In this document: positions 14,011 to 24,388 of the stretch, in pieces | How positions within the stretch are numbered: position 1 is the stretch's first letter | Layout: each line of letters starts with the position of its first letter | Assembly: GCA_016711085.1 (NCBI GenBank) | Contig: JADJTR010000005.1 | Location: 230,727 to 294,726, forward strand | DNA: 64,000 nucleotides | Reading direction: 5' to 3' | Source: Phyllobacteriaceae bacterium | GTDB lineage: Bacteria > Pseudomonadota > Alphaproteobacteria > Rhizobiales > Rhizobiaceae | The notes under the pieces: model-generated | Databases searched by the model: none | What the model was told of the DNA's origin: nothing | The model's input: the letters and a program-made list of their open reading frames with translations, nothing else | Program-made: the position numbers and the translations under genes

Positions 14011-15297
14011 ATGAACAAGAATGCCGGCGATCTGAATGCCGCCCTTGGCGGCGGCATCGAGGCGGCGCTCGAACTCGACAAGTCCGGGCGCAAGAAACGC
14101 GGCCGCCGCTGGGTTTGGTGGATCGCGGCCCTGTTCGCCCTCGGCGGGCTTGGCGCGTGGGGCGCAACGGCGCTTTTCGCCGGCAAGACCGAAACCACCT
14201 GGCGCACGGCGGACGCCGTCCGCGGCGATCTCGTCATCGAAATCAACGCCACCGGCGCGCTCAACCCGCTGACCACCGTCGACATCTCCTCGGAAATGTC
14301 GGGCGTCGTCCGCGAGGTCAACGCCGTCGAGAACCAGCGCGTCAAGACCGGCGAAGTCATCGCCCGCCTCGATACGGTCAGCCTGGCCGCGCAGGTCGAG
14401 CGGGCCAGCGCCCAGGTCAAGTCGGCCGAAGCCCAGGTCGAGAACGCCAGGGTCACCCTGCGCGACGCCGACGACGGCGTGGCCCGCGCCGAGACGCTGT
14501 TGAAACGCGCGCTGGTGTCGACGCAGGAGGCGCAGAAGGCCCGATCCGACCGCGACCGCGCCACTGCCGCCCGGTCAATCGCCGAAGCCGCGCTCGCCGT
14601 CGCCCGCGCCGATCTCGACATCAAGCAGGCCGATCTCGACAAGGCGGTCATCCGCGCGCCGATCGACGGCGTCGTGCTGACGCGCTCCATCGACCCCGGC
14701 CAGACCGTCGCCGCATCGCTTTCGGCCCCGGTGCTGTTCGTCATCGCCGAGGATCTCGCCCGCATGCAGCTTGAAGCCGCCATCGACGAGGCCGACATCG
14801 GCCAGGTGGCGATCGGCCAAAAGGCCCGTTTCACCGTCGACGCCTGGCCTGAGCGCACATTCGAGGCGAAAGTGCGCGATATCGCCTACGCCTCGACCAA
14901 AACAGACAACGTCGTTTCCTACAAGGCGACGCTCGATGTCGACAACGCCGAATTGCTGCTGCGTCCCGGCATGACCGCGACCGTCGCGGTCGTGGTGCGC
15001 GAGGCGCGCGATATCGTCACCGTCGCCAATGAGGCCTTCCGTTTCACCCCGCCGAAAGAAGAGGCGAGCGGCGGCTTTTCGCTGATGCGCCTGTTCATGC
15101 CGCGTTTTCCCCGCGGCGGCGCCCGCAAGACCATCGCCAACGCCGATGGCACCCGCACCATCTATGTGCTTGAAAACGGCCAGCCCTCAGCGGTGAAGGT
15201 GAAAGCGGGCTCTTCCGACGGCGAACGCACCGAAATCGTTTCGGGTCTGGAGGCCGGCGCCGCCGTCGTGCTCGCAGCCGTGAGCGCCGCCAAATGA
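14011..15297 (+). CDS. efflux transporter periplasmic adaptor (HlyD/MacA family)
   Basis: ORF 13969..15297, with the start taken at MNKNAGDL (14011). N-terminal TM segment WVWWIAALFALGGLGAWGATALFA, a long coiled-coil (AQVERASAQVKSAEAQVENA...), then beta-barrel/lipoyl-like segments. ATGA overlap with the downstream ATPase. Confidence 0.75.
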   Translation: MNKNAGDLNAALGGGIEAALELDKSGRKKRGRRWVWWIAALFALGGLGAWGATALFAGKTETTWRTADAVRGDLVIEINATGALNPLTTVDISSEMSGVVREVNAVENQRVKTGEVIARLDTVSLAAQVERASAQVKSAEAQVENARVTLRDADDGVARAETLLKRALVSTQEAQKARSDRDRATAARSIAEAALAVARADLDIKQADLDKAVIRAPIDGVVLTRSIDPGQTVAASLSAPVLFVIAEDLARMQLEAAIDEADIGQVAIGQKARFTVDAWPERTFEAKVRDIAYASTKTDNVVSYKATLDVDNAELLLRPGMTATVAVVVREARDIVTVANEAFRFTPPKEEASGGFSLMRLFMPRFPRGGARKTIANADGTRTIYVLENGQPSAVKVKAGSSDGERTEIVSGLEAGAAVVLAAVSAAK

Positions 15298-15994
15298 CCG
15301 CGCCGCTCATCGCCTTCGACAAGGTCTGGAAGACCTATGGCGAGGGCGAAGCCCGCGTCGACGCGCTTGCCGGCGTCGATTTTTCGATTTCGCCGGGCGA
15401 ATTCGTCGCCATCATGGGGCCGTCGGGATCGGGCAAATCGACGGCGATGAACATCATCGGCTGCCTCGACACGCCGACCGGCGGCGTTTACCGCTTTGCC
15501 GGCGTCGACGCCGGCCGCCTCGATCGGGGCCGCCGCGCCATCCTGCGCAATCTCTACATCGGCTTCGTTTTCCAGGGCTACAATTTGCTGCCGCGCACCA
15601 CGGCGATCGAGAATGTCGAACTGCCGCTGGTCTATCGCGGCGTACCGGCGCGAAAACGCCGCGAGCTCGCCTATGCGGCGTTGGCCCAGGTCGGCCTGCA
15701 AGGGCGCGAGGACCACACCCCGGCCGAACTCTCCGGCGGCCAGCAGCAGCGTGTCGCCATCGCCCGCGCCATTGTGTCGACGCCGATGCTCCTGCTCGCC
15801 GACGAACCGACCGGCAATCTCGACACCCAGCGCAGTCACGAAATCATGGAGCTGTTGCAGACGCTCAACCGCGAGCGCGGGCTGACCATCGCCATGGTCA
15901 CGCACGAGGCCGACATCGCCGGCTTCGCCTCGCGCACCGTGCGTTTCGTCGACGGCCATGTCGCCTCGGACTCCGCCCTGAGCGAGGCCGCCTG

Positions 15995-15995
<1 letters not shown>
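15294..15995 (+). CDS. ABC transporter ATP-binding protein (MacB/LolD type)
   Basis: Walker [10 protein letters not shown], signature [14 protein letters not shown], Walker [13 protein letters not shown]. Start and stop overlap both neighbours. Confidence 0.85.
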
Positions 15996-17203
<1,208 letters not shown>

Positions 17204-17260
17204 TTTCAACAGCTTGCCGGTGTTTCGCGACTCGGCCTTTCAGGGTGTTGAATCGAAATG

Positions 17261-17974
17261 TCAGCCGCCGGCGAAATGCCGCAGCACCAACCGCATGTGG
17301 CGCGTCGTCGGTTCGGGGATCGTTCCCGGCTCGATGACGACCGGGCCGTCGATCTCCGGATCGGGATCGGCGGCGACATGGGCGCGAATTCGCGCCGCAA
17401 TCGTCGCCGCTTCTTCGTCGAGCCAGTAGCGCCGCGCGACGACCAACGCGTCGCCGGCGCGCGCCAGCAGGAAGCCCTGTTCCGTTCGCACGCCGCCGAG
17501 ATCGATCCCGGTTTCCTCGCGCACTTCGCGGTGGGCGTTGGCGGCAAACTCCATGCGGCCACCGGGAAAATCGCCGGGCTCGAACGAACCGGCGGCGAAG
17601 TAGGTGAGGCCAGGATTGGCGGTGTGCGCCGCCATTTTCACCGCGATGAGCCGGCCGTCGGCGGCAACCGGCAAGGCGTAGGCGAACACATGCGCCGCGC
17701 CGGCCTTGTCCGCCGCCTTGCGCCAGTAAAGAAAGGTGGAAAAATCGATGGCGTGCGCCGTTCCGGTCAGCGTTGCGCCGTCCAGCGCCAGCGCCGAAAT
17801 CATGGTCATGCGCCCGTTGAACAGGCGCGGATTGGCCGCCTGCTCGACGCGCCAGTTCGCGGCGATGGCGACGCCACGGCGCACCTCCCAGGGATGGGGG
17901 TCATCGACAAGGGCGATATCGATGGCGTCGATCGCGCGGATTGCACCGTCTTCGATCTGGTCGAACAGGCGCAT
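17261..17974 (-). CDS. NUDIX hydrolase
   Basis: C-terminal 237 codons of ORF 17261..18586, starting MRLFDQIEDG (ATG at 17974). Nudix box GGRMEFAANAHREVREETGI. Start is 5 nt after the stop of the upstream EEP gene. Confidence 0.7.
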   Translation of the reverse strand: MRLFDQIEDGAIRAIDAIDIALVDDPHPWEVRRGVAIAANWRVEQAANPRLFNGRMTMISALALDGATLTGTAHAIDFSTFLYWRKAADKAGAAHVFAYALPVAADGRLIAVKMAAHTANPGLTYFAAGSFEPGDFPGGRMEFAANAHREVREETGIDLGGVRTEQGFLLARAGDALVVARRYWLDEEAATIAARIRAHVAADPDPEIDGPVVIEPGTIPEPTTRHMRLVLRHFAGG

Positions 17975-17979
17975 GCCGG

Positions 17980-19092
17980 TCAGATCACGTCGATGGTCAT
18001 TGCAACCGGGCAATGGTCCGACGCTTTCGGCCGGTCCCAACCGACGCGCGGAAACCGTTCGGGCGTCTGCCCGACCGGAAAGATCGTGCGGAAAGGCTGG
18101 CCGTTGCGCACGATGGCCGGCTTCGCCTTCTCGTTCTTTTCCGCCAGCGCCGGCGACAGGAGAATGTAGTCGAGCTGGCAGAGGTGGCGCTCCTCCGGGC
18201 CGCGCGTGTGGTAGAGCGTCCAGCGCTCCAACTCGGGCAGGCGTTCCACGACATTGACCGCAAAACCGTCGGCGAGCAGCGGATCGATGCCCGACTTCTC
18301 CTCTTTGACCACCTCGAAACGAAAGCCGTCGAACTCGTCGCCGGTGACCACGATGCGCTCGCGATAATCGTTGAGATCGCCGCAGATGACCCAATTGCGG
18401 TTCGCCGCGCGATCGCGCCCGAACTTGTCCTCGATGATGCCGCGCACCGCCTTCGATTCGGCCAGCCTGACCGGCATCGTGGCGTCGCGGCCATTCATGC
18501 CATTGCGCGGGCTGCCCATCGATTTCAGATGGCAGACGAATACCGAAAGCGGCCGGCCGCCGATCTCCAGATCGATCTCGAGGCAATCGCGCTTGAACAC
18601 CCGTTCATGCGCCTCGGCGCCGAGGGCTTTGAGTTCCGGCGTCAGCAGGTCGAGTTCGCCATAGGTCAAATGGGCATGGCTGGTCATGCCCTTGAAATCG
18701 ATCGGCTGGCCGTGCCTTGTTTCCTCGCGGAACATCGCGGCGACGTCGATGCCGCGCGAATCATTGCCGGTTGTCAGGTATTTCTGCCGGTAGCCCTGCC
18801 CGACCATACGGTAGAGATAGCCGAATTCGAAGGCGCGCAGCGCATCGAGATTGTCGACCTCCTGCAGGCAGACCAGATCGGCCCGCGTGGCGGCGATGGC
18901 GAGCGCCGACAATTGCCGCGTATCGTCGGAGAGCGCCATCATGCGGGCGCGCTCCAACTCCTTGTATTCGCGCTCGTCGGCGATCTGGTACAGCGCCAGC
19001 GCCCGGTCCTGCAGCAATTCGTTGCGATAGCCGCCGAAATCGAAGCGGCTCATCAGGTTTTCGATGTTGAACGTGGCGAGGCGGATCGACAT
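17980..19092 (-). CDS. endonuclease/exonuclease/phosphatase (EEP) family protein
   Basis: ORF 17980..19104. N-terminal LATFNIENL, GDLND, and catalytic-His region SDHCPV near the C-terminus. Start is probably MSIRLATF (19092). Confidence 0.7.
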   Translation of the reverse strand: MSIRLATFNIENLMSRFDFGGYRNELLQDRALALYQIADEREYKELERARMMALSDDTRQLSALAIAATRADLVCLQEVDNLDALRAFEFGYLYRMVGQGYRQKYLTTGNDSRGIDVAAMFREETRHGQPIDFKGMTSHAHLTYGELDLLTPELKALGAEAHERVFKRDCLEIDLEIGGRPLSVFVCHLKSMGSPRNGMNGRDATMPVRLAESKAVRGIIEDKFGRDRAANRNWVICGDLNDYRERIVVTGDEFDGFRFEVVKEEKSGIDPLLADGFAVNVVERLPELERWTLYHTRGPEERHLCQLDYILLSPALAEKNEKAKPAIVRNGQPFRTIFPVGQTPERFPRVGWDRPKASDHCPVAMTIDVI

Positions 19093-19162
19093 GGGCGCGA
19101 GCATGCACCCGCGGAGCGAAAACGCAAGGCGACTTGCCGCGCTCCCGCTGAGCGGACTGCCC

Positions 19163-19447
19163 TCAGCCGATCGCCACGCCGACCATGCCGCGATTGCGCC
19201 AGACCAGACGCGCCGGCCGTGATTTTCCCTCGCCGCGTATCGTCAGGGCGAATTCGTGCGGCACTGCCGCCATGTCGCCGAAGGAGAGCCGCGCGCCATG
19301 CGCCGACACATCCTTGACCACGCATTCATAGGCCGAATAGCCGCCATTGAAGGCGATGTGGCCGCCCTTGAGCGATTTGCGCCGCTGTTCCCCGCGCCGT
19401 TCGGCGGCGGTTTTCGTTTCCATGAATTCGGTTGCGAAATCGGACAT
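19163..19447 (-). CDS. PilZ-domain protein (c-di-GMP receptor type)
   Basis: Last 94 codons of ORF 19163..20032, starting MSDFATEF (ATG 19447, RBS GGAGGG). PilZ motifs RGEQR (RxxxR) and DVSAHGA (DxSxxG). Confidence 0.7.
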   Translation of the reverse strand: MSDFATEFMETKTAAERRGEQRRKSLKGGHIAFNGGYSAYECVVKDVSAHGARLSFGDMAAVPHEFALTIRGEGKSRPARLVWRNRGMVGVAIG

Positions 19448-19536
19448 CTGGCCCTCCTGGGGTTCGGTTCGGCAACCGCGATGCAAACGGCGGGCCACGC
19501 CACCCGTTCCAAAAGGGCACAGAAGCAGCCGGCGTC

Positions 19537-20781
19537 TCAGCCGGCCTTGCGTTTCACCACCCGTCCGAGCCGGGCAATGCCTTCCGCGATGTCCTTTTCC
19601 GCCATGCGCGAGAAGGAAAGGCGAATGGTGTTCGCCCCCGAACCGTCGGCGAAGAACGCCTTGCCGGGCACGAAGGCGACGCGTTCGCTTTTCAGGCATT
19701 CGGCCAGCAGATCCGCCCCGTCGAATTTTTCCGGCAGCGTGATCCAGACGAACATGCCGCCGTCGGGATGCGTCCAGCTCACGCCGTCCGGCATGTGGGC
19801 GTCGAGCGCCTTGAGCATCGTGTCGCGGCGCGACTGGTAGGCCTGCTTGATGCGCGCCACCTGGCCGGCGAAATCGGCCGACGCGACCTTGTGGATGGCC
19901 ATCTGGTTGAGGGTCGAGGAATGCAGGTCGGCCGCCTGCTTGGTCAGCACCAGTTTGCCGATCACCGGCGTCGCGCCGCACACCCAGCCGACGCGCAAGC
20001 CCGGCGCCAGCGTCTTGGAGAACGAGCCGCAATAAAGGGTCCGAGTCTTCTCGATGTCGCCGCCGTGGCGCATCAGGTCCAGCGCCAGGATCGGCGGCAC
20101 TTCCTCGCCCTCATAGCGCAGCGACTGGTAGGCGGCGTCCTCGATGACGGGAATGTCGAGCGCCTCGGCGAGGTCGAGCACGCGCTCGCGCGCCTCGCGC
20201 GTCACCGTCTCGCCGGTCGGGTTGGCGAAATCGCCGGACAGATAGGCGAACTTGACGCGGCCGCCAGCCGCCTCGGCCTGCGCCTTGAAATCGGCAGGCA
20301 GCCGGTTGCCCATCGGATTGAGCCTGTCGTAGCGCGGCTCGTAGGCGTTGAACGCCTGCAGAGCGCCGAGATAGGTCGGCCAGCCGACCAGCGCCGTGTC
20401 GCCCGGCGACAGGAACAGTTTGCCGAGGAAATCGAGCGCCTGCTGCGAGCCGGTGGTGATCACGATGTTGTCGGCCGTGCACTTCACCCCGAGCGAACCC
20501 ATGCGCGCGGCGATCCACTGCCTGAGCGGAAGATAGCCCTCGCTCACCGAATATTGCAGCGCCTGCCCCGCCTGGTCGCCGGTGAGCGATTGGGCGAGCG
20601 CGTCGGAAAACGCCTGCGCCGGAAACAGCGCCGGATCGGGAATGCCGCCGGCGAACGAGATCACGTCCGGCTGGTCGAGCAGCTTCAGCAGTTCGCGGAT
20701 TTCCGAGGCCTTCATGCGCTCGGCGCGGGTGGCGAACAGCTTCGGCCAATCGAGGCCGTCGCCCCGGCTTTGAGATGTCAT
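19537..20781 (-). CDS. PLP-dependent aminotransferase (class I/II fold)
   Basis: ORF 19537..20817, with the start at MTSQSRGD (20781) after GGAGGA. Lys-containing motif SFSKTLAPGLRVGW, and NPTG upstream. Confidence 0.8.
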   Translation of the reverse strand: MTSQSRGDGLDWPKLFATRAERMKASEIRELLKLLDQPDVISFAGGIPDPALFPAQAFSDALAQSLTGDQAGQALQYSVSEGYLPLRQWIAARMGSLGVKCTADNIVITTGSQQALDFLGKLFLSPGDTALVGWPTYLGALQAFNAYEPRYDRLNPMGNRLPADFKAQAEAAGGRVKFAYLSGDFANPTGETVTREARERVLDLAEALDIPVIEDAAYQSLRYEGEEVPPILALDLMRHGGDIEKTRTLYCGSFSKTLAPGLRVGWVCGATPVIGKLVLTKQAADLHSSTLNQMAIHKVASADFAGQVARIKQAYQSRRDTMLKALDAHMPDGVSWTHPDGGMFVWITLPEKFDGADLLAECLKSERVAFVPGKAFFADGSGANTIRLSFSRMAEKDIAEGIARLGRVVKRKAG

Positions 20782-20934
20782 CGCTTTTCCTCCCGGATAT
20801 TGCCGGCAGAACACCACACGGGCGAATTTATGTCAATGATGCTGACGTATTCGGGCGGTGTATTCGATTTCTTTAAGACGGGAGAAAGCGTGATTCCCAT
20901 GATATTCTCGAACGCATCTGCTTGGAACTTGGCC

Positions 20935-21159
20935 ATGGCTATTCTGACGATCCGTCTCCCCGACGAACAGCACGAGCGCATGAAGGCGCTCGCCGCGCGC
21001 CGCGGCGTCAGCCTCAACAAGCTGTTTGAGGAATTCTCGGCTCGCGCCATCGCCGAGTTTGATGTCGAAACCCGATTCAAGGTTCGCGCCGCACGCGGCG
21101 ACAAGGCACGGGGATTCGAGATTCTGAACGCTCTTGACAGGAAATCTAAGGGTAGTTGA
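20935..21159 (+). CDS. ribbon-helix-helix (CopG/Arc-type) protein, antitoxin-like
   Basis: C-terminal 74 codons of the long shadow ORF 19432..21159. MAILTIRLPDEQHERMKALAARRGVSLNKLFEEF is a classic RHH beta-strand plus two helices. Lies in a low-GC islet. Confidence 0.6.
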   Translation: MAILTIRLPDEQHERMKALAARRGVSLNKLFEEFSARAIAEFDVETRFKVRAARGDKARGFEILNALDRKSKGS

Positions 21160-21269
21160 CACATTGCAACTATAAGTCAGCTACGGGACTTACGAAATCC
21201 ATAAAAGCGTTCGTCCCTTGGTCATAACCACTAGTGACCGAAGATTGCAGCCTACAGTCAGAGGAAATA

Positions 21270-21551
21270 ATGCTTAAGAAAGATGAATGTGAAAAGGCAA
21301 TACGATACCTCTGCCATCAATGGGCAAACGAAATTAGTTTCCACGCCTCAAGCGGCGATCACCCTAGTTTCACTTCTTTCAAGGACTGGCTTCAGACCAA
21401 AGGATACTCAAAGTATCTTAATTTTCGTTCGAAGATGGGTGCCGATTTCGATTCAGAACTTTGGTTAGACCAAGAGCTGAAGCAAGATTGGAGTAGATAT
21501 CTGATTGATGCTCGAGATTTTGATATGTACGCGTCACCCCAATTAACTTAG
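21270..21551 (+). CDS. hypothetical protein (orphan, low-GC)
   Basis: ORF 21234..21551. The ATG at 21270 is preceded by GAGGAA. Roughly 40-45% G+C by eye against ~2/3 in the flanks. No motif I recognise. Confidence 0.45.
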   Translation: MLKKDECEKAIRYLCHQWANEISFHASSGDHPSFTSFKDWLQTKGYSKYLNFRSKMGADFDSELWLDQELKQDWSRYLIDARDFDMYASPQLT

Positions 21552-21560
21552 GGGTGACGC
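21531..21560. terminator. perfect 10-bp stem / 10-nt loop hairpin between convergent genes
   Basis: GCGTCACCCC-aattaactta-GGGGTGACGC. The loop contains the TAG stop of the orphan ORF, and the hairpin lies 22 nt beyond the ilvC stop. No U-tract on either strand, so it is not a canonical intrinsic terminator. Confidence 0.3.
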
Positions 21561-21582
21561 AGAAAGCCAAGATTCGGCAAAA

Positions 21583-22668
<1,086 letters not shown>

Positions 22669-22721
22669 CTAGCGATTGACGCCGCATTGTGCAACGGCGG
22701 CGATAGGCGCGAATGCGGCGA

Positions 22722-22982
22722 TCACGGGCGCATTGTTGAACTGGCGGCAGGGCTCCCGCCAGCCATGCCGGCTTCCGATTTTTCCCCGGCGACGCCGATG
22801 ACGCCTGCATCGCGCAATTTCGCTACCGCCCGATCGAAGGCGGAGCCGACCCCAAATCCGGTCGCTTGCGCGGCGAAAGCGGCGAGAAGGGCGATCGCGG
22901 CAGCCGCCGCGGCATATTCGATGGTTGTCGCGCCGTCGCGATCGGCGAAAAACCGCCGCCAGGCTCCCCATCGCTTTTCCAT
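22722..22982 (-). CDS. Flp/Fap-family type IVb pilin (atypically long C-terminus)
   Basis: Last 86 codons of ORF 22722..24293. MEKRWGAWRRFFADRDGATTIEYAAAAAAIALLAAFA carries the Flp prepilin G/ATTIEY processing motif and a hydrophobic helix. Confidence 0.55.
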   Translation of the reverse strand: MEKRWGAWRRFFADRDGATTIEYAAAAAAIALLAAFAAQATGFGVGSAFDRAVAKLRDAGVIGVAGEKSEAGMAGGSPAASSTMRP

Positions 22983-23180
22983 GCCACCCCGCCGTTTGCA
23001 ACGAAGCGCCCGCCCTTTCGCGGGGCAAAGCGGCGCGACCATGGCCGATTCGGGGCACGGCGCGAAGCTTGCAACCGTCGATGCACGAGCGATAGCCCGG
23101 AAACACGATTGGCGCGGGTCGAGATTGAATGGAAGGCGACGCCGTGCAACTTTCTCCCATTCAAATCGGGAGGTTTGGCC

Positions 23181-24263
23181 ATGTCCTTCGACCGTATCGC
23201 CATACTGGGTTTGGGCAAGGTCGGCCGGCTCGCGGCCGAATTGCTGCATGAATCGGGACTGGAGGTGACCGGAGTCGACGCCCACCCGGTTTCCGGCCTG
23301 CCCTTTGCCTTCAAGACCGCCGATCTCACCGGCGAATCCGGCCTGCGCCAGGCGCTGACCGGCCAGCAGGCGGTCCTGTCCTGCTTGCCCTGGCATTTGA
23401 ACAAAGGGGTCTCGTCCGCCGCCCACGGGCTCGGCCTGCACTATTTCGACCTGACCGAGGATGTCGGAACCACCAACCACATCCGCGCCCTGGCCGAAAC
23501 CTCGAAAGGCCTGATGGCGCCGCAATGCGGCCTGGCGCCGGGCTTCGTCGGCATCGTCGCCGCCGATCTTGCCCGCCATTTCGGCAAGGTGCGCTCCATC
23601 CGCATGCGCGTCGGGGCCCTGCCCCGCCATCCGACCGGACTGCTCGGCTACGCCTTCAACTGGTCGCCGGAAGGCGTCGTCAACGAATATCTCAACGATT
23701 GCGAGGTCATCGAGCACGGGGTCAGGAAAACCGTCACCGCGATGGAATGGACCGAGAAGCTGTTCATCGACGGCAACGAGCTGGAAGCCTTCACCACTTC
23801 GGGCGGTCTCGGCACCATGTGCGAGACCTACGAAGGCGTCATCGAGAACCTCGACTACAAGACCATTCGCTATCCCGGCCACGTCAAGCTGATGAATTTC
23901 TTTTTCCATGAATTGCTGATGCGCGAACGCCGCGCCGACGCCGGGCAAATCCTCACCCACGCCAAGCCGCCGGTCGACGACGATGTCGTCTACATCCATG
24001 TTTCCGCCGAGGGCTGGATCGACGGCAATCTGCGCCGCAAGGAATTCGTGCGCGCCTATCACACGCGCGAAATCGCCGGCAAGGAACGCACCGCGATTGC
24101 GTGGACGACGTCGGCCTCCGCCGCCGCCGTCATCGAGATGACGCGCAAGGGCGCGCTGCCCGCCCAGGGATTCCTCAAGCAGGAAACCGTGCCTCTCGAC
24201 GCCTTCTTCGCCACGCGCACCGGCTCGTTTTTCCTCGCCGGCCGTGGCGGCCACACCGCGTGA
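23181..24263 (+). CDS. saccharopine dehydrogenase-family NAD(P)-binding protein
   Basis: ORF 22866..24263, with the start at MSFDRIAILGLGKVGRLAAELL (ATG 23181, RBS GGGAGG at 23168-23173). Rossmann N-terminus and a saccharopine-DH-like C-terminal half. Confidence 0.7.
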   Translation: MSFDRIAILGLGKVGRLAAELLHESGLEVTGVDAHPVSGLPFAFKTADLTGESGLRQALTGQQAVLSCLPWHLNKGVSSAAHGLGLHYFDLTEDVGTTNHIRALAETSKGLMAPQCGLAPGFVGIVAADLARHFGKVRSIRMRVGALPRHPTGLLGYAFNWSPEGVVNEYLNDCEVIEHGVRKTVTAMEWTEKLFIDGNELEAFTTSGGLGTMCETYEGVIENLDYKTIRYPGHVKLMNFFFHELLMRERRADAGQILTHAKPPVDDDVVYIHVSAEGWIDGNLRRKEFVRAYHTREIAGKERTAIAWTTSASAAAVIEMTRKGALPAQGFLKQETVPLDAFFATRTGSFFLAGRGGHTA

Positions 24264-24388
24264 AAGATCGTTGGTCGGCAGCCGGCGCACCATGCCGCCT
24301 TGACGCGGGCGCTTGTGACAGCAATGGCTGAACCATGCGCTGGCGACGAAGGTCTCGCCGGGGCGCGAAGGGACGGCGGGGCGATCGC

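Noticed and set aside
19432-20934. Upstream 500 codons of ORF 19432..21159 (+)
   Set aside because: This part is antisense to the aminotransferase and PilZ genes and has an Arg-rich shadow composition. Only the terminal RHH segment from 20935 is credible.
22983-24293. N-terminal 437 codons of ORF 22722..24293 (-)
   Set aside because: This part is antisense to the well-supported saccharopine-dehydrogenase-family gene. Only the last 86 codons (the Flp pilin) look real.
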